From Mobula hypostoma (taxonomy: Eukaryota): a stretch of DNA of 64,000 nt. This document shows positions 36,810-49,967 of this stretch, piece by piece. The position numbers and the translations under genes were made by a program. The notes beneath the pieces are model-generated. The model ran no database searches, was not told the DNA's origin, and saw only the letters and a list, made by a program, of their open reading frames with translations. Each line of letters opens with the position of its first letter. Position 1 is the first letter of the stretch. The stretch lies in NCBI RefSeq assembly GCF_963921235.1, contig NC_086097.1:89096001-89160000 (forward strand). Direction: 5' to 3'.

Positions 36810-37004
36810 ACAGTACTTCTTTTTTCCATAGAAGCTGCCTGGCTTGCTGAGTTCCTTCAGCATTTTGTGTGTGTTGCCTTGGATTTTCAATGTTGCTTGG
36901 ATTTTCAACATCTGCAGATTTTCTCTTGTTTGTGATGTCTTTCCCAGACAGTGTGGCATCCAGAACTGCACACAGCACTCTTGGACTGTAAGTGCACAAT
37001 TGTG

Positions 37005-38470
37005 TGAATCATAGAATCTTAAAGCATGGAAACAGGCCCTTCGGGCTGACTGCTCTGTACTATCTGTGTTGTTCTGTGAGCTAGTCCCATCTGCCTGTGT
37101 TAGCCCATAGGACACCAAATCCCTTATATCCACAAACTTACCTAGATGGTGTTTAAATGTTGTTAATGTGCCTGCCTCAACTACTTTTTCTGGCAGCTCA
37201 TTCCAAGTATGCACCACTCTTTGTGTGAAGGAGCAGTCCCTGATGACCCTTTTAAACCTCTCACCTCTGATCTTAAACCTATGCCTTCTTGTTTTTACCA
37301 CATCCTCCCTAGAAAAAAAAATGCTGTGCTTTCACCCTCTCTGTTTCTCCCATGATCTGTCAGGTCACCACTCAATTTCCTATGTTCCATGGGATAAAGT
37401 CCTCGTCTATGCAACCGCTCCATGTAACTCAGGGTGCCAAATCCAATAAGTCTTTTCTGCACTCTTTCTAGTTTAATAACATCTTTCCTATGGTAGGGTG
37501 ATCAAAACTGTGCACAATACTACAAATGAGGCCTCACCATGAGGCTGAGCTTAGGAGGATTAATGGCGCCTAATGGCAACTCCTTTGCTTGCATCTTTGG
37601 AAACAGCTCTGTTTCCATCTTTAATATTTTTTCCCTTTCAGGGTTCTTTTGAAGACCCTGATCTGGAGTTACACGCTGACTACGGTTCTTTGTGGGAATG
37701 GGACCCGCTCTTGGGGTTTCACAACTGCCCACTGTTGTTCAAAACACCAAAGGCTCGGCCTAAGAGTCTGGCTTGGATTCAGAAGCCTAGGATCTCGGGG
37801 CTCCGGAGATGGGCGGATCGAGGGTTGGCGTCACGACAGGAAACCGTGTGTCGTCAGGGGAGTTGGGACATCTACAACTGTGTGCCCAGTTTTTTGGGCA
37901 CAGAGCTCCAAAAAAGCAACATGGTGGACTTTTAACATTGTAAACCAGCGAGTTGTTTTTTGCTTGCTGGGAAAATGGAGACATCTCTTTCTCCCTTATT
38001 AGGGAGAGAGAGAGAACCTGTGGTATGTCGAATACTGGGTGAAGCGCTAAGTCTTTGGGGTAACTGCAAGTCTGTATCTTTGCTATTGCTTTGCTCATGC
38101 TTGAGTGCTTGGTGGCAGTGCTGTTGCTTTCTTTTTGCCGATGGGGGGAGGGGTGATTGTTGCTCGCTGCCGCTTACACGCGGAAGGGGGAACTTTGGGG
38201 TTCTAATTTTTAACTGTTGTTCATTCTTTGGGGGCACTCCTCTGTTTTCATGGATGGTTGCAAAGAAAAAGCATTTCAGGATGTATATTGTATACATTTC
38301 TCTGACATTAAATTGTACCTTTGAACCAATGTCTTAACGAGTAACTTCAACATAACTTCCCAACTCCTATACTCAACGTCTTGACTGATGACGGCCAGTG
38401 AGGCGATCGACTTCTTCACCACCGTCTCTGCCTGGAACATCACTTTCAGTGAACTATGTATTTGCAAGAC
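37005..38470 (-). mobile_element. CR1 3' fragment interrupted by family X
   Basis: KTRRHRFKIRGERFK..FTQRVVHTWNELPEKVVEAGTL; homology resumes after 38328. Confidence 0.8.
37540..38324 (+). mobile_element. Family X non-autonomous retroposon, apparently full length
   Basis: Possible TSD ACCA; 3' end 'ctgacattaaattgtacctttga'. Other copies at 14325-14690, 36290-36500 and 58594-59995. Confidence 0.75.
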
Positions 38471-38589
38471 CATGAATGGGAAAACAGACCCTGATGGACG
38501 GTAGTAAATGTACAACTTTACCTACATTTCACTTGGGTGAATGTCGCATGCGATATCAATTGGAGATGGACCAAATTTTTAAATATCGA

Positions 38590-41500
38590 AATAAACTTTA
38601 TTCATAATAAAAAATAATTTACAAGTATAAACCATGTGATGCTTTTTCATTTTTACATTAACGGTCAATGTGTTAAGTGGTGTTCCTTTACAATCCCTAA
38701 TAACCAGTAACACAATTGCTACTCACGCGGCCTCCTGGGATGGTACATGACTACAATAAATGAGGGGCTTCCTCAACCAACAACCCCTCCCTGTCCAGTA
38801 AAAGGAGAATCCTGTAAGTCGTCCTTCCCCACCAAGCCCTATTGAAGGCTGCACTAAGCTCCAGTGTGTCCAGTTGGCAGCATTCCTCTACAGACTCCTC
38901 GATGTGCTGGCAGACCTACAAGTTTCTTGCAGGACAAGGCACATCCTTCATCGAATTGATGGCCTGCCAGGAGCACTTGATGTCTGTCTGTGAATGTGTC
39001 CCTGAAATCAGACAGCCTGTCACGCAGCTGCTCGGGGTGAACCTTGACACAGGCCCTTGCATCTTTCTTCACAACATCTTCACAAACCCACAGACTGCAA
39101 GGAGGTAAGCAAATGTCTCGTCCCCACTCGAGTCACCCTGCAGGCAGCACGCGGTGGGGATGATGATCCAGTTATGTAAGAAGGGTCTGACTCAAGGTGC
39201 CCTGCTTAACATAGCCAGGCAAGGTCTTGGTGCTTGTGGGTGAGATCTGGCGATGAGGCATTCTGCCAGGTGGTATGGACAGTCTGCTCAGGGAATCACT
39301 CTACTGTGTCCGTCATGTCCATCTCCTGCAGTGTCTATGGGACATTCCGTGCTGATTGTTGTCTGATGGACTTGTGGTCAAAGAAGTTGGTCTGGAAGAA
39401 CTTATCCATGAAGGACAGGTTGTGTAGTAATATGGGGAACAGATAGAGCCTTGGCACATAGCGGTACTTGGCGCCCATGTACTTAGATACCACACACAGA
39501 GTGAGGCGGCCACACGTGAAGATGGTCATCGGGTTGAGGGCGACATTGGGTACGATTTCCCCATTGTCCAGGGACTTGTGTACTGTGAGCCATCTGACTT
39601 GCCCCCTCCCCCAGATGAATTTGAAGACAGCTCGGGTGATTACCAAACTGGAGGAGGGGGGTAAGGTCCACACCTGTGCCTAAAACAGCAGCCCTGAGAG
39701 CACCTCACACCTGATGATCAGATTCATAGAAACATAGAAACATAGAAAATAGGTGCAGGAGTAGGCCATTCGGCCCTTCGAGCCTGCACCGCCATTTATT
39801 ATGATCATGGCTGATCATCCAACTCAGAACCAAGCCTTCCCTCCATACCCCCTGACCCCTGTAGCCACAAGGGCCATATCTAACTCCCTCTTAAACATAG
39901 CCAATGAACTGGCCTCAACAGTTTGCTGTGGCAGAGAATTCCACAGATTCACCACTCTCTGTGTGAAGAAGTTTTTCCTAATCTCGGTCCTAAAAGGCTT
40001 CCCCTCTATCCTCAAACTGTGACCCCTCGTTCTGGACCTCCCCAACATCGGGAACAATCTTCCTGCATCTAGCCTGTCCAATCCCTTTAGGATGTTATAC
40101 GTTTCAATCAGATCCCCCCTCAATCTTCTAAATTCCAACGAGTACAAGCCTAGTTCATCCAGTCTTTCTTCATATGAAAGACCTGCCATCCCAGGAATCA
40201 ATCTGGTGAACCTTCTTTGTACTCCCTCTATGGCAAAGATGTCTTTCTTCAGATTAGGGGACCAAAACTGCACACAATACTCCAGGTGTGGTCTTACCAA
40301 GGCCTTGTACAACTGCAGTAGTACCTCCCTGCTCCTGTACTCGAATCCTCTCGCTATAAATGCCAGCATACCATTCGCCTTTTTCACCGCCTGCTGTACC
40401 TGCATGCCCACTTTCAATGACTGGTGTATAATGACACCCAGGTCTCGTTGCACCTCCCCTTTTCCTAATCGGCCACCATTCAGATAATAATCTGTTTTCC
40501 TATTTTTGCCACCAAAGTGGATAACTTCACATTTATCCACATTAAATTGCATCTGCCATGAGTTTGCCCACTCACCCAACCTATCCAAGTCACCCTACAT
40601 CCTCTTAGCATCCTCCTCACTGCTAACACTGCCACCCAGCTTCGTGTCATCCGCAAACTTGGAGATGCTGCATTTAATTCCCTCATCCAAGTCATTAATA
40701 TATATTGTAAACAACTGGGGTCCCAGCACTGAGCCTTGCGGTACCCCACGAGTCACCGCCTGCCATTCTGAAAAGGTCCCGTTTATTCCCACTCTTTGCT
40801 TCCTGTCTGCTAACCAATTCTCCACCCACACCAATACCTTACCCCCAATACCGTGTGCTTTAAGTTTGCACACTAATCTCCTGTGTGGGACCTTGTCAAA
40901 AGCCTTTTGAAAATCCAAATATACCACATCCACTGGTTCTCCCCTATCCACTCTACTAGTTACATCCTCAAAAAATTCTATGAGATTCGTCAGACATGAA
41001 TTTCCTTTCACAAATCCATGCTGACTTTGTCCGATCATTTCACCGCTTTCCAAATGTGCTGTTATCACATCCTTGATAACTGACTCCAGCAGTTTCCCCA
41101 CCACCGACGTTAGGCTAACCGGCCTATAATTCCCCGGTTTCTCTCTCCCTCCTTTTTTAAAAAGTGGGGTTACATTAGCCACCCTCCAATCCTCAGGAAC
41201 TAGTCCAGAATCTAACGAGTTTTGAAAAATTATCACTAATGCATCCACTATTTCTTGGGCTACTTCCTTAAGCACTCTGGGATGCAGACCATCTGGCCCT
41301 GGGGATTTATCTGCCTTCAATCCCTTCAATTTACCTAACACCACTTCCCTACTAACATGTATTTCACTCAGTTCCTCCATCTCACTGGACCCTCTGTCCC
41401 CTACTATTTCTGGAAGATTATTTATGTCCTCCTTAGTGAAGACAGAACCAAAGTAATTATTCAATTGGTCTGCCATGTCCTTGCTCCCCATAATCAATTC

Positions 41501-42240
41501 ACCTGTTTCTGTCTGCAGGGGACCTACATTTGTCTTTATCAGTCTTTTCCTTTTTACATATCTATAAAAGCTTTTACAGTCCGTTTTTATGTTCTCTGCC
41601 AGTTTTCTCTCATAATCTTTTTCCTTCCTAATTAAGCCCTTTGTCCTCCTCTGCTGAACTCTGAATTTCTCCCAGTCCTCAGGTGAGCCACTTTCTCTGG
41701 CTAATTTGTATGCTACTTCTTTGGAATTGATACTATCCCTAATTTCTCTTGTCAGCCATGGGTGCACTACCTTCCTTGATTTATTCTTTTGCCAAACTGG
41801 GATGAACAATTGTTGTAGTTCATCCATGCAACCATTCGTCCCCATTATAGAGAGGGAGCATCCCAATTTCTGTTTTACCTTCCCAATCCACTTCGTCCAT
41901 TCTTGTTGCATGCCTCAACCCCTCCAAACCAGATCCCCAGCACCTTCAGGCAAACAGACCAGATGGTGAAGAGGACCAATAGCCCTTGCTGTTCACGTGA
42001 TTAACCGTAGCTCCAAAGCCAGCTCAAAATGGTCAGCTGTGAACCAACCTCAGATCCGACCAGAAGAGGGTGACATCGGCCATGTACAGTAAAGTTTTCA
42101 CGTGCCTCCACCCCCACCCTCACTATCTGACAATGTCACCCCTCCAGATTTTTATCATTAATCCAGTGGTGCTGTTGCCAACTTGTGAGAAGAAAGGTCA
42201 GTTGGGGGGGTGCTCACTTTTGCCCTGGTGACCTCCAATC
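38590..42240 (-). mobile_element. Tx1-like LINE 3' portion, split by CR1
   Basis: SLSIMGTNLIIRCEVL (rejoined across the CR1 insertion), VITRAVFKFIWG..HKSLDNG..VPNVAL; AATAAA at the 3' end. Confidence 0.75.
39726..41833 (-). mobile_element. Young CR1 LINE, 5' truncated
   Basis: RT motifs KSPGPDGLHPRVL, NYRPVSLTS, YLDFQKAFD, GVPQGSVLGP, KFADD; single in-frame TAG at 40595-40597; (TTTCTATG)n-type tail; apparent 4-bp TSD ATTC. Confidence 0.95.
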
Positions 42241-43219
42241 ACGCATCAGTGAAATACAAGGTCTGTTCCCTCTTAACTCCTAATTCTCTACTATGTCCAC
42301 TTGCATCCATCCCATGCTCTCCAGCCTCCAATGCCCCTTTTCTATTGTCTCTTAATTCATTTCAACAACTTGGTGATGGCATCATTCATTGCTCTCCCTA
42401 ATTCGTCTCATCAATCCGTTGCTACTGCTCTACCTACACTGCCATCTTCTGGGTTGAATATCCCTCATTGGGACGGTGGCTTCCCTTTCTCCTGGCCTTT
42501 CACATGATAGATTCAGATTCATCCATCACATGTACAGCAAAACATACAACGAAATTCTTCTTTCACAGAAATCCAAAACTTGTCCAGGGGCCAGTCAGTA
42601 AATCTCATCTTGAGTGCACGATCAGAGTGCAGCTCAAAAAGTTCTTCCTCTTTTCTCAAAGTCAAGTTCTCAGGCTGAGCAGAAGATTCAGAGAAAGGAC
42701 CCCTCACCCAGTCATACACTTGTGTTGAAAGGGATGAAAAATACTGTTCAATTTTGTTCTGCAGTCCTTCCAGGTGGTTTTCAATAAGACTCAAGACTTT
42801 CTGATATCTTTCCTCACTCTCCAGCCCAACCAGCAGTGGAAACATTCCAAGGTTTTCTTTTGCAGTGCAGTTTTTTGAAAGAAAAAGTTTCCTTTTAAAT
42901 CCAAGAAACTTGACACTTGAAGTGAAAACATTTTCTCAGGGTCTTGCAGAGACTTCTTCAGTTGGTTCACACAATGAAAAATATCTGTTAAGTAGGCTAG
43001 TTTCTACAGCCATTCTTCATCTTCAAAGCACTTGGCAAAATCTGGCCTACTATTTTCTTGAAAGTACTCCTCATTTCACTATTCAACTGAAACATCCTGT
43101 TGAGAACTCTACCTCTGCGAAGCCACTGGATTTCTGTATGTAGCAGGAAATGGGTGTGCTCTTCATTTAGGTTTTCACAGTTTTTTAAACATTTTCGAGT
43201 GAACTAGTCTTAAAGCTAC

Positions 43220-43830
43220 TGTAACGCTCAGTTATATTGGCTTGTATATGTCTAGGGGAAATCCCACCCAGCACCCGCCTCAACGCTTCCCACGGAGTTG
43301 GTTGCCGCCCGACTCAATCCCAAACATCAATCATCAGCCAGCACACACAGTACGTTTTACCAAGTACACTTTATAGATATTACTAAGTCTATGACATTAA
43401 TATAAATTCGATACAGAAAAGGAAGTAATGAAAAAAAGGCGCCAAGACTTATCAAAGTCCAAGTTCTTCGCGCACAATTGTTGGAGCTCAATCGATTCCT
43501 GATGACCACCCGGATCCTGTCGACTCACGGCTCGGGATCACCAAAAGTGATCGACCAGAGCCTTTCCGCACGTCCACCGTCCTCCCCGTCTCTCCTCCGA
43601 CTCCCCGCCAAAAACCCCGCCCCCAGTCATATGATACAGCATTATCATCCAAAAACAAAATGATACATGACCACCCATTGGCTAATAGCACCCTGCTATC
43701 TGTATTAACCCAAGCAACTGTCTAGTTAGAGACTTTCTCAGCATTTAACATGACAGAGAAGCATTCCCCAGTATAACATAACAAAGAAGCCATTTTAAAT
43801 TTAACATACAAAAAAGAAAGACCCCGTACA
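43220..43830 (-). mobile_element. Solo LTR (same family as 28809-29879)
   Basis: tgtaac...gtaca ends; 4-bp TSD CTAC (43216-43219, 43831-43834). Strand tentative. Confidence 0.88.
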
Positions 43831-44104
43831 CTACTAAATAACTTGCTTCCTGAAATCTTTTTACTAACTGTGACTTTATTTTCAAAAGCTTTAATCTGTT
43901 TGTTTGGAGATTCCAATAGTAGTTTAAAATAATCAGCACTTCTACCTGTGATATGGCTGTGATTTGTAGTTAAGTATCTTTTCAATTTTGCTGGAGCCAT
44001 TGCTACATTTGTAAGTTGTTTGCCACAGACTAGCACAATGGAATAGGACAACTTGGGTCACCAGTCCATGTAAAACCCATTGATAAGTAGCTTTCATTGT
44101 AAAG

Positions 44105-44760
44105 ATATGGGACCGGTTGATTACTTTAGTCCCACCCACTGTTTTTGTCTCTGGACCCAGGAGAGGCTGGTGGACTTCTTGTGGGGCAACAGGAGACATT
44201 GGGTCTTTGCCTGGGTCCTGAGTCTTCCAATCGCGGAGGGCAGTCAGTCATTGGTGAGTGTGCACACCCAGCTGGTGGCTCTCTGCCTCAGGACCTGCAG
44301 AGATACCTGTATAGCGACCACTCTCCGCGATGGCATTCGCTGGTGATCACTTTCTCTGCTGGAGACACTGCCTGCAGGAGGACACGTGGCTTCTAGCGGA
44401 CAGCATCAGCTGCCTCGCCTTTACCGAGAGCTGTTGAGGGAGTGGGGCCTAGTCTCATCCAGACAGGGTGCTCCTGCGCAGGTGGAGATGGTGTTCTAGC
44501 TGTTTTGGGGACTGGTCCCCATCCTATCAGGGTGGGTGTCGAGGGGGCTCGGGGAGGTGGAGGGGTTCCGGCTGCACCACCACCTGATGGACTGGAAGTG
44601 TCCATTGGACTCAGGCCTCGAGATACCACGTGGGAGAGGGTCCCGCAAAATATGAGCCATCTCACGGGAATCCCCACCGTGTCCTTCCGTAATGCTCCAG
44701 AGCGTTTCTCTTCCATCTCACACCTCCTCTTCAAAACTCGCCACACCGGACCTTTAGAAT
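44105..44760 (+). mobile_element. Tx1-like LINE fragment
   Basis: QERLVDFLWGNRRHWV..VLSLPIAEGSQSLV..TQLVAL. Confidence 0.6.
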
Positions 44761-45797
44761 GAAAGTTTCCCACCAATTTTCTACCACACCCGGTAGTTTG
44801 TTTACACCCGTAAGCCAGTTAGTGGAGTGTCAGGGGAAGTTGGAGGAGGGGGAGATAATTCAGGAGGGAGAGGGTGACATCATTGCCCACGTTGGGCAAG
44901 TCCATTCAATGCTTGGAAAACACACCACGCTCATCAGCCTACTGTCCTCCCCTCCGTGTAATACAGTGCTCACCAATTATCAGCTACCATCCTCTGCTCC
45001 GTGCAATACAGGGCTCACCAATGATCAGCCTAACTTCCTCCTCTCATGCAATACAGTGCTCACCATCAACCTACCATCCTTCCCTCCGGGCAATACAGTG
45101 CTCACCAATTATCAGCAGCCTCCCTTGTCTCGTATTAAAAACCAAGAATGGACTCAAGCAAATAAACATGGTTTTACTGCGCACTGCCATACTGGACTGA
45201 GAGAGATTGCTAAAGGGCTGCTTGGTCACTGCCCACCACTACGAGCGCTAGCATCAAACAAATTTCAAAAAACAATGTTTGTTTGTATAAATCACAATCT
45301 CCACAGAAGTCCTGGCGACCTCTCATGGAACCCCGGTTGAGAGACCCTGGACTAGAGGCTAGGATTTGAATTCTGTCATGGCATTGAAGGAATTAAAATT
45401 TGAGTATTTAAACAAGCCTGGAATTAAACAGCTGTATTAATTAACAGTAACTACAAATCATTTCGATTTCCATGAAGTTCCATATGCTTGAATAAAATCT
45501 TTCAGAAAGGGAAATATAAACTTGCAACACATCCCTAGGATGTGTAAAGCACAGAACCAGGACTTAACCCAAATCCTAATGTGTCGTTGATAATAGTGAA
45601 TCTAACTTTATAGCACATGTACTCTGATCCACACAGACCCACGGCCAACATCTTCTGCACCCTCTCCAAAGCCTCCATGTTCTTCCTGTGCCCTGGAGGC
45701 ATTCAAAATCTCAACATCCTTCAAGTGTGCTGGGGACAACCAGGACTGAATGCATCTTAATCTTCCGGATGAAGCCCATGCATCTTCAGGACGAGGG

Positions 45798-46310
45798 AAT
45801 ACACACAAAATGCTGGGGGAGCTCAGCAGGTCAGATAGCATCAGTGGAAATGAACAACCGGTCAACGTTTCGAGCCGTGACCCTTCTTCACGGCTGGAAA
45901 GGAAGCAGGAAGATGCCAGAATAAGAAGGTGGGGGGAGGGTTAAGAGGATAGATAGAAGGTGATAGATGAAGCCAGGTGGGTGGGAGATGTAAAGTGCTG
46001 GAGAAGAAGGAATCTGATAGGAGGGGAGAGTGAACCTTAGGAGAAAGGGAAGGAGGAGGGGACCCCGGGGCAAGTGAGAAGAGGTAAGAGGCCAGAGTGG
46101 GGAACGGAAGAAGAGGTAGTTTTTTACTGAAAGGAGAAATTGATATTCATGCTATTAGGTTGGAGGCTACCCAAATGGAATATAAACTACTGCTTCTCTA
46201 TCCCGAGGGTGGTGTCATCATGGCACATGGACCGACATATCGGAATGGGAATGGGAATTGGAATTAAAGCATTTGGGGAAAAGAAATTCTGTTTTTGGGC
46301 GGATAAGAGT
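45798..46310 (-). mobile_element. Penelope-like 3' fragment
   Basis: Shared terminus with degenerate hammerhead motif (45858-45896); GIY-YIG tail remnant FIFHLGSLQPNSMNINFS. Confidence 0.75.
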
Positions 46311-47272
46311 GGAGATGATCAGGATGAGATCCCATGCATTATCATCCTTTGGATGAAACGGAATAGTCTTAGCAATTTATGACTCCTAGGCCCTTCAATG
46401 TAGTAGATTCTTGGCTCAGAGGAAGTTAGGGATTGATAATGAAGTCTGCTATTGCCAGTGATGCTTACAGCCTTTGAATGAATATTTTTGTAAATTTATA
46501 AACCAGGACAGACCAAGTTGAACTGGTATGCTTTTTAACCAATGAGTTAGCACAGAATGGGAACTAAAGTTCACTAACTTAGTAATGTATTTACCATGTA
46601 TCTGGATTTACCAATCCTCTTCTGGAACTAAAGGTTAGTCTCCAAGCCAGTGCTGTGAACAAACCTTGACATAAGATGATAGTATGATTATTGATGCAGT
46701 AATATAGAGAGCTTTGTGAAGTAGAAACTTGGATCTGCGCACTGGACCTAACGGCTATTTCCATACTGTAAATAACATTCAACAGAAACTTTTTCAGCAA
46801 TTACTTCCTCGATCCCTGCAGACTTTGAAAACTCTGGAACCCTGGAAGAAGCAAACAAATTGAAATCCATGTGCTGCACGAATTGACGAGCAACTAATTT
46901 CTGTAATCAGTGAACTGCAGCTGGGTGGGGAAGAGGATGAATGATCATGCATGATGGTGAGGCAAATACAGAATCCTCTATGAGTGTCTAACACATGCCA
47001 CTGGGTAAAATTTGCAATTTTTGTGCTTGAATATGGTTTGTGTTCTTATTAGTGTCACAGTCTGGCTACTCTACATAGCTCCAGCAGATTGCTGCATCAC
47101 ACGCATTAGCACACTTCCGATAATAATTCCAATTATAATGCTAAACATAATAATAATGTAATTATGAAAGAGATGTAAGGAACAACTGATAATAGCTTCT
47201 GCAATTCTAAGTCAAGCCCAGCAGAAAAGCAGAAATCTTTCATGCTGTTGTACTGACCACCAAAACGTGTGG

Positions 47273-47725
47273 CTTAGCTACTCGTCCCAGCGGAACTGCT
47301 TCTGCTGACAAGAGAAGGGGCAAAGGCGGACCACTGGCGCCTCAAAACCAGTCACTTCGTGCAGCTGGGGCCCATCACCCTTGGACGGCAGCCTGCCTAG
47401 GAGAAGGAAAACTCTTGCCTTGCGGCCATACCCACCCATGGGAAAGGCTTTGGGAGTAAACCCTGAGGAAGAAATCCAGAGCTGGGGTCCCGAAGGCAGT
47501 TGGATGTTGTTTACAACTTCGCTCTGGCAACCTCTGCGACGACACTGGTGCCAAACTGTATTGGTGCTTGCCCTTCCCTTGGACGACAACAGTGACGTGG
47601 AGAGGGGGATCCCACTGCGTTCTTCAAATCTTCCTGCCCAGGCTTGTGCCCTGGAGAGGACACAGTCCACCAGAGGCACAAACCCATGATCCCCTGGGAT
47701 CGACGGCTGCCTACAATAGACACAA
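47273..47725 (+). mobile_element. RTE-associated non-coding repeat (shares body with the SINE at 62533)
   Basis: 'ctctgcgacgacactggtgccaaactgtat' at 47532 matches 62648-62677. The RTE link is inferred from resemblance to RTE 5' UTRs. Confidence 0.5.
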
Positions 47726-47749
47726 TACTTGTGAGATTCCTACATCTGA

Positions 47750-49930
47750 TGAAGTATTAGCATACTATAAACACCCTATCTATTGATAACCAAAAAAGAA
47801 CAACCAATATTACCAAAATAAACCAAGCCATTTTTCAGGGTGATTCAATAAGCCCATTATGGTTCTGGCTAGCTTTAAACCCGCTCTGTAATTTGATGAA
47901 TCAGCTGAAAATAAGGTATCAAATCAGAAACAACCAAATGGATTATGCATTGACACACCTTCTATACATGGTCAATTTGAAATTATATGCTCCTTCATCA
48001 GCAAAGCTAAGGCAATTAATTCAAATTGAACTATTTTTTAAAGATATAAATATGAACTTTGGACTAGATGATTGCAGCATGTTAAATATAAATATAAAGA
48101 AAGGGGCAATAGAGCTAGCAGAATATAAGGCAGAACAGCAGGATACAATACAACAGATGGATGAATATGAAGCATATAAGTATCCGGGATATCAACAAGC
48201 AAAGAAAATAGATCATAATGTGATAAAGGGAAAGCTTTTGCCAGAATTTACTTCAAGGCTTAAGAAAATCTGCCAAATAGAGCTCAGTTGTAAAAATATT
48301 ACAAGGAAAATAAACATTTTAGCTGTACCAGGTTAACATATTCTTGTGCATAATATCTTGGTCCTAATTGGATCTGGAAAATTTACAAAGAAAAATAAGA
48401 ATAAAAATGACAAATTTTAGAATACGCTTGAATGCACTTGGATTAACACTACCTCAGACGGAAGGAGGAAGAGGAATAACAGACAAAAATTTATACACCA
48501 GTCAGAGAAACCTTCTGATATATTTTCATCAACAAAAATAGGATTCAGCTCTCTACATGAACATATGCAATTTCTGATGAGTACACACCACTAAATATAA
48601 ATGAAAGCATAACCCAGAAAAATGAAGAAATTATCACTATAGAAGAAAATGTAAACCAATGGAAGAGCATGGCCCCTCATGAGAGATTCCCATGATCTGA
48701 GCAGACCAGATGTAAATAAGAAAGCATCGAACTCCTGGCTCAGATTTGGAAACCTCTTCCTAGAAACAGAGAAGTTCCTTGCGGCAATATAGGACCAGGT
48801 GGTTAACACAAAAGATTAACAAAAATGCATAATATAAGATGCAACAAATTCAAGATGATAAAGACAGAAAATGCCAAGAGAAAACAGAAACAATCCAACA
48901 CATCACAGGCTCCCGCAGCAGTTTAACTTAATCTGATTACTTACACAGGCACAATCAAGTGGCAAACACCAGTCACCTAAATCTTTCTTTAAAATACAAA
49001 CTCATAAAAGAAACGACACCTTACTACAAATACAAGCCTGATCCAGTTTCAGAATCAGACTCTTACAAATTACATTATGCCTGATCCATTATAACAGAGA
49101 GGACAATTAATAATAACCATCCAGATATAATATTATAGGATAAACAAGCAAGAATAACTTACTTAATAGAGATAGCCATTCCAAACACACATAATCTACA
49201 GAAATCAATAACTGGAAAACACCAAAAATAAGCAGAATTAAAAGAGGAAATTGAAAGATTATGGGACATGAACAGGGTATAAATTGTCCCAATAGTAGTA
49301 TCTACAACTGGTATCATCCCAAAATCATTACACAATTGTTGTCGTCTTTGTGGCTATCCTTCGAGGTCAAGGATGATGGCCTTCATTCTGAAGAAGTGGC
49401 CCACAGAGCGAAGACGCCTGTGCATGTATTTGTTTAATGTGTACTTGATGTTGCACTCCAAGAAGCACACAATACTTCACAAGTCAACCAACTGATTCCA
49501 ATGGCATGGAAACCACGACGACTGGAGCTGATGGATTTGTTGCAGCCTTCATCTGCCCTCACAGCTGTTGAGTTCGAAGGAACTTAGTCTGTCTGTTCCA
49601 CCGTTGAGGTCTTGGTTGGATTGTTCTTTGTCAGGGACCTCGCCCTCGACCTTACCGCCATGGGTGACCCTACCAGGAGCATAGCTCCAAATGGCTTTGC
49701 TCTTGGGATCACAGGACCACACAAGCTTCTCCAACATGGCAAGGTGACAATCCACTGAGAAGCATTACACAATAGCATTAAACAATTAGATCTACACAGC
49801 AATATTTATATAAATCTTCAGAAAGCCACAATACAAAACACCACTAGAGTAGTTTGAAAGTGCCTAGCAATTGAGAAATTAATGTGTTTGGCTATGCTTG
49901 TACCTCAGGTTTTACAAGCATGAGCTAAGA
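47750..49930 (+). mobile_element. R4/Dong-like RLE non-LTR retrotransposon, 5' truncated and degenerate
   Basis: IFQGDSISPLWF, THLLYMVNLKLYA (YMDDLK-like), MNFGLD, YKYPG; zinc-finger remnant KCQEKTETIQHITG, RHNQVA, NNHPDII, DIAIPNTHNL, IVPIVVSTTGIIPKSL; abuts (TAAA)n. Confidence 0.8.
49337..49762 (-). mobile_element. RTE-derived non-autonomous element
   Basis: Perfect 11-bp TSD CATTACACAAT (49326-49336, 49763-49773). The 5' end resembles RTE/Expander 5' UTRs (caccttg..gagctatgctcctggtagggtcaccca); short GAC/CAA tail. Confidence 0.7.
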
Positions 49931-49934
49931 AAAA

Positions 49935-49967
<33 letters not shown>

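Larger units (their letters stand above)
42530..45349 (-). mobile_element. hAT (Charlie/Buster-like) transposon remnant with nested insertions
   Basis: BED-like VCGKQLTNVAMAPAKLKRYLTTNH; C-terminal YDWVRGPF..EEELFEL..LDKFWISVKEEF; terminal CAGGGTCTCTCAAC on the minus strand at 45349 next to gactagag. Confidence 0.78.

Noticed and set aside
44930..45125. CRISPR-like repeat/spacer appearance (also 2545-2700)
   Set aside because: Eukaryotic context, no cas genes, degenerate repeats and mutually similar spacers.
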